Shown here: in pieces, positions 60,252-64,000 of the stretch
Numbering within the stretch: the stretch's first letter is position 1
How the letters are laid out: each line of letters starts with the position of its first letter
NCBI GenBank assembly: GCA_963806875.1
Contig: CAWDYU010000003.1
Coordinates: forward strand, 364,881-428,880
DNA length: 64,000 nt
Source: an uncultured Gemmatimonadales bacterium
Lineage (GTDB): Bacteria > Gemmatimonadota > Gemmatimonadetes > Gemmatimonadales > GWC2-71-9
Reading direction: 5' to 3'
The notes under the pieces: model-generated
What the model was told of the DNA's origin: nothing
Database searches by the model: none
What the model saw: only the letters and a program-made list of their open reading frames with translations
Program-made: the position numbers and the translations under genes

Positions 60252-62398
60252 CAGAACGCCTGCCCCACCGAGAAATGGAGCGTCCACCGACCATCGGTGT
60301 TGTCCCGCGAAAAACCCTCGCGGATCAATACCAGGTCTCCCTCGGGCGACGTCGTGTAGACCGGTCCTCGCGCAAGGCGATAGCGGTTGTACCCGATGTC
60401 GAATCGGATCGGTCCCAGCGGCGACGCAAATCGCAGCCCGGCTCCAGGAGTCACCCGGATCTCGCTCTCGCTCCGTGAATCGCCCACGGCGCCGGCATCG
60501 ATGAACACCGCAAATCGCATCCGGTTGCTGAACACCGGTGATGGCAAGCGGAGTTCGACGTTTGCCACGACCACCTTGTTCCCGCCGGTTGCCGCCGGGC
60601 GCGCATCCTGCTCACGAAACCCGAGCGGCGTGCTATCGGTGGGCTGGATGAGTGAGTCGCGCGGAACGACGTACACAACCGGACCGAGTTCGTTGCGGTC
60701 GTAGCCACGCACATCGTTGGGCCCTCCGGCATAGAACCGTTGGTCGGGCGGGATGAAGTTGGAGCCACCGCCAAGTGTCGATCGCGGGGCGAAGATGTAC
60801 CCGCCCCGAACGTGCGTCGCGAGCACGATGCTCCGGGTCAACGGCAGGTACAGCGCACCCTCCGCCACCACCCGCGTGAATTGCTGCACATCCGAGGATC
60901 CGAGGAGCTTGCTGGCCAGCGTCACGCCGGCCGAGATCACGCTGCCACGGGTCGGATCGAGGATGTTGTTGACGCGCTGCCGCGTGGCGTTCAGCGAGAG
61001 TGTCGTGAGCCAGCGGCGTTCGCGCAGCTGCGCGATATCGGCCGCCGCACACGCATTGAAAAAGGCGCAGAAGGAAGCGTCGCTCGCGCGGGTCTGGCCG
61101 TAGGCCGCGCGGTAACTCAGGGTGATCGGGACACGCGCCGCCGTCTCGCGGGTTATCGTCGCCGAAGCACCGAGCTCCTCGCGTTCATACACGTTGAACT
61201 CGCTGCGACGTTCCAGAAACGCGGCCACGACAGCGGTGTTCTCGGCTGACAGGAAGCCGTTGCGGCGGATCGACGTGTTGAGGCTGTAATTCAGCCGACG
61301 TGAACCGATGGAGTCGTCGGCGAGCGGCGAGCAGATGCTGCGCTCAAGACCGAATCCGAGTGGATCACCCACACCGATCTTGGAGACCCGGCCGGAGATG
61401 TCCAGCACCCGACCACCGCCAAGGAAGTTGCGCGCGGTCCAGCCGGCACCTGCGCGGAGGCAATCGATCGTGCCGTACCCGGCCGATGCGCGGGCGCGGT
61501 GGAACCGACCCTCCGTGACCGTAACGAGCATGGGCACGATCGAGTCGCCCGGGGTGAACCGCGCCGTGTCGATCCCCACTGTTGCGAGCCGGAACAACTC
61601 CGATCCGTACAGCGACCGCTGCGACCGGAAGACGTCGCGGTACCGATAGGTGTTGCCCTCGCGAGCGGTGACCAGCGACGCAATGAAGCTGGAGTCGATC
61701 CGGGAAAAACCGACCACGCGAGTGTCACCATAAACAGCGTATCGCCCCGGCTCGGCGTGCAACTCGGCAGTTCGGAGATGGTTTGCGGTGTCGGCTGCCC
61801 CGACGACGAGGTCGACAATTGCGTTGGGATATCCCGAATTGAGCAGGCGGGTGCCCAGCGTGTCCGCCGCCGCGATCAGTGCATACTCGGAGAACGGATC
61901 GCCCTCCGAGACGGGAAGATCTCGGCGCAGCGACGACGCATCCTCCAGCGTGTCGATCCCGGTCACATCGAGTCGCGAGATCCGGATGGGCTCGCCCTCG
62001 GTGATCCGGAAAGTGAGCTTGACGCTTTCAGGCGAACGCTCGACGACGGTGTCGACAACCACATCGGGAAATCCGCTGCGCTTGTACAGGACGGCGAGGC
62101 GGAGCACGTCCGCCTGGAAGTCGCGCTCATCGAAATAGCGCCTCTCGCCGAGTCCGAGCCAGCGGATCAGTCCCACCCGTGCGAACGCTGCCGAATTGGT
62201 GGTGCGAATCGATGTGGCGAGAAACTCGGAATCGATCGACTTGTTGCCCTGAAACTTGAGCGCCCGGATGACGAGTGGTTGCTGAAGCTGGGCCACGACG
62301 GGCTGCGCACCACCGAGGCAGGCGAGTGCCGCGGCGACGATGCCGAATCCCGAATACCGACGATTGCCGGTGAAGCTTCCCGCCAAAATTGACCGCAT
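60251..62398 (-). CDS. tamA: TamA/BamA (Omp85) family outer-membrane protein with POTRA domains
   Basis: FQGN, Y..SGF, ITEGEP, NFLGGG, RFYAGGPNDVRGY, GAGLRFASPLGPIRFD, HFSVGQAF. Confidence 0.85.
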   Translation of the reverse strand: MRSILAGSFTGNRRYSGFGIVAAALACLGGAQPVVAQLQQPLVIRALKFQGNKSIDSEFLATSIRTTNSAAFARVGLIRWLGLGERRYFDERDFQADVLRLAVLYKRSGFPDVVVDTVVERSPESVKLTFRITEGEPIRISRLDVTGIDTLEDASSLRRDLPVSEGDPFSEYALIAAADTLGTRLLNSGYPNAIVDLVVGAADTANHLRTAELHAEPGRYAVYGDTRVVGFSRIDSSFIASLVTAREGNTYRYRDVFRSQRSLYGSELFRLATVGIDTARFTPGDSIVPMLVTVTEGRFHRARASAGYGTIDCLRAGAGWTARNFLGGGRVLDISGRVSKIGVGDPLGFGLERSICSPLADDSIGSRRLNYSLNTSIRRNGFLSAENTAVVAAFLERRSEFNVYEREELGASATITRETAARVPITLSYRAAYGQTRASDASFCAFFNACAAADIAQLRERRWLTTLSLNATRQRVNNILDPTRGSVISAGVTLASKLLGSSDVQQFTRVVAEGALYLPLTRSIVLATHVRGGYIFAPRSTLGGGSNFIPPDQRFYAGGPNDVRGYDRNELGPVVYVVPRDSLIQPTDSTPLGFREQDARPAATGGNKVVVANVELRLPSPVFSNRMRFAVFIDAGAVGDSRSESEIRVTPGAGLRFASPLGPIRFDIGYNRYRLARGPVYTTSPEGDLVLIREGFSRDNTDGRWTLHFSVGQAF

Positions 62399-62463
62399 CC
62401 TCTAAATCTGGTTTCTTGAAGGGGTTACGCCAACCTTCGGTCACCCGCCCCACCGGGAGTCTC

Positions 62464-63993
62464 ATGGCTCGACTGGCTGTTTTTCTGGTCGCTGCGGTCC
62501 TGCTCGGCTGCGGGAGCGGGATCCCTCCGGGCCTGACTTATTACTTCTCGGCCGACCCGAGGTCGCTGGACCCCGCACTCTCGACTGACGTCCCGACCGG
62601 GGAGTCGGTCACACTCCTGTTCGACAACCTGACCCAGTTCGACCCTGCCGGACGCCTCGTGGGAGGGCTGGCCACCGCGTGGCACCCATCCCCCGACGGT
62701 CGTATCTGGACCTTCACCATTCGCCGCGGGGTGCGCTTCCACGACGGCCGCCCGCTCGACGTGAACGCCATTGCCGCGTCGTTCATGCGCGCTCTCGAGA
62801 TGGCGCGGGAAGGCGGCAGGGTCTGGCCCCTCCTCCCGATCGACGGCGCCGCCGCAGTCGTGGATTCTGGTGCGACGACCCTGCGAGGCCTCACGATCGT
62901 CGACGACACCACCATCTCGTTCACCCTGGTGGAGCCGCTCAACATCTTCCCCAAGCTGATTGCCATGCCCGTGGCAGCCATCGTGCCGACCCCAACGGCG
63001 GATGACTTCGGGGAGCATCCAATCGGCAGCGGACCGTGGAAGTTCGTGTCGTGGTCACATGACGACCTCCTGGTGCTGGCCCGCAATGATGACTGGTACG
63101 GGGGTGCACCGCTCGCCGACACCATCAGGATCAGGATGATCCCGGAAACCTTCACGCAAGCTGCCGAGTACGAATCGGGAAGGCTCTCGGTGGTGGAGAT
63201 CCCGGCTGGTGAAACCCAGCGATGGGAGCGCGAGCATGGCGCCGAGCTTCAGCGTCGTGCCGCGTTCCGGGCGGTGTATGTGGCGATCAACACCACCCGC
63301 GGACCACTCGCCGATGTCCGCGTCCGGCGCGCAATCAATCATGCTGTCAACGTGCCTGCGATCCTCGACCGCGTAGCGCAGGGGCGCGGGGTACTCGCTG
63401 CCGGCACGATTCCGCCTGGCCTCGATGGTTTTGCCACCCGCGACCGCTACGCGTTCGATCCCGCCCGCGCCCGCGCCCTCCTCACCGAGTCGGGGCACGC
63501 GAACGGCCTCAAGCTCCAGTTGTGGAGGAGCCAGCGCGCTGAGTTTGCCCGAATCGCACAGGCCATCCAGGCCGACCTCGAACGGGTGGGCATTGCCGTG
63601 GAGATCGTGGAACGCGACGCGTCGACGGCCCGCGCCGCCGCCCGGAAAGGCGACGCCGACCTGTTCCTGTCGGATTGGTGGGCCGACTATCCGGACGGCG
63701 AGAATTTCACCTTCCCGCTCTTTCATTCGACCAACGCCGGGACTGGCGGCAATTACGCGTTCGTGCGTGACAGTGCCCTCGATGTTGCGCTGGAGCGGGC
63801 CCGGGGCACGCCCGACTCCGCCGACAAGGTTGCACTCCTCCAGGCCATCGACGCCGGGACGTTCGAGCGCGCACCGTGGATCTTCCTCTGGTTCCCGACC
63901 GATCTCTGGGCGATGCGGCCCGAGGTGGTCGGGTGGGAGTTTCCGGCAGTCTTCACCGGACAGCGGTGGACGGGGGTACGCTTCACCCCATGA
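62464..63993 (+). CDS. peptide ABC transporter substrate-binding lipoprotein (family 5)
   Basis: Lipobox LLGC, SLDPA, WTFTIRRGVRFHDG, PIGSGPW, DVRVRRAINHAVN. Confidence 0.92.
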   Translation: MARLAVFLVAAVLLGCGSGIPPGLTYYFSADPRSLDPALSTDVPTGESVTLLFDNLTQFDPAGRLVGGLATAWHPSPDGRIWTFTIRRGVRFHDGRPLDVNAIAASFMRALEMAREGGRVWPLLPIDGAAAVVDSGATTLRGLTIVDDTTISFTLVEPLNIFPKLIAMPVAAIVPTPTADDFGEHPIGSGPWKFVSWSHDDLLVLARNDDWYGGAPLADTIRIRMIPETFTQAAEYESGRLSVVEIPAGETQRWEREHGAELQRRAAFRAVYVAINTTRGPLADVRVRRAINHAVNVPAILDRVAQGRGVLAAGTIPPGLDGFATRDRYAFDPARARALLTESGHANGLKLQLWRSQRAEFARIAQAIQADLERVGIAVEIVERDASTARAAARKGDADLFLSDWWADYPDGENFTFPLFHSTNAGTGGNYAFVRDSALDVALERARGTPDSADKVALLQAIDAGTFERAPWIFLWFPTDLWAMRPEVVGWEFPAVFTGQRWTGVRFTP

Positions 63994-64000
63994 TTCGCTA
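63990..64000 (+). CDS. probable start of a DppB-type permease, truncated
   Basis: ATGA overlap with the binding-protein stop, reads MIR...; identity inferred from context only. Confidence 0.35.

Noticed and set aside
1-64000. CRISPR arrays, tRNA or rRNA genes, insertion sequences, prophage genes
   Set aside because: I saw no regularly spaced repeats, cloverleaf structures, transposases, integrases or phage structural genes, and nearly all the sequence is explained by tightly packed coding genes.

Overview
A GC-rich bacterial chromosomal window, densely coded and mostly housekeeping or cell-envelope genes. Gene content and order suggest Gemmatimonadota, but that is inference only. From left to right: a truncated TonB-dependent receptor, an NtrY/NtrC-type kinase and sigma54 regulator separated by a ~5.4 kb error-rich glycosylation block, outer-membrane genes, an HNH nuclease, PBP1A, tyrS, an LPS-type glycosyltransferase cluster with an MsbA-like exporter and a PorX-like REC-PglZ protein, the long yebC-ruvCAB-queA-tgt-yajC-def-fmt-thi-rsmB-PASTA-rpe-tsaD-lgt operon, a cytochrome c-FTR1 iron permease, acpS, TamA/TamB-like genes and a peptide ABC binding protein. 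Many genes, including essential ones, carry single-base frameshifts that are most likely long-read errors. I found no rRNA, tRNA, CRISPR array, integrase or transposase. The most notable observations are: (1) an ORF-less structured RNA of about 150 nt with a near-consensus sigma70 promoter and terminator between lgt and the iron permease; (2) an unusual translation-initiation pattern, with five apparent CTG starts, several leaderless starts, a bidirectional -10 element and two 11-codon uORFs coupled to downstream genes; (3) the PorX-like phosphodiesterase-regulator coupled to LPS export genes. All annotations come from reading motifs by eye; no database searches were run.
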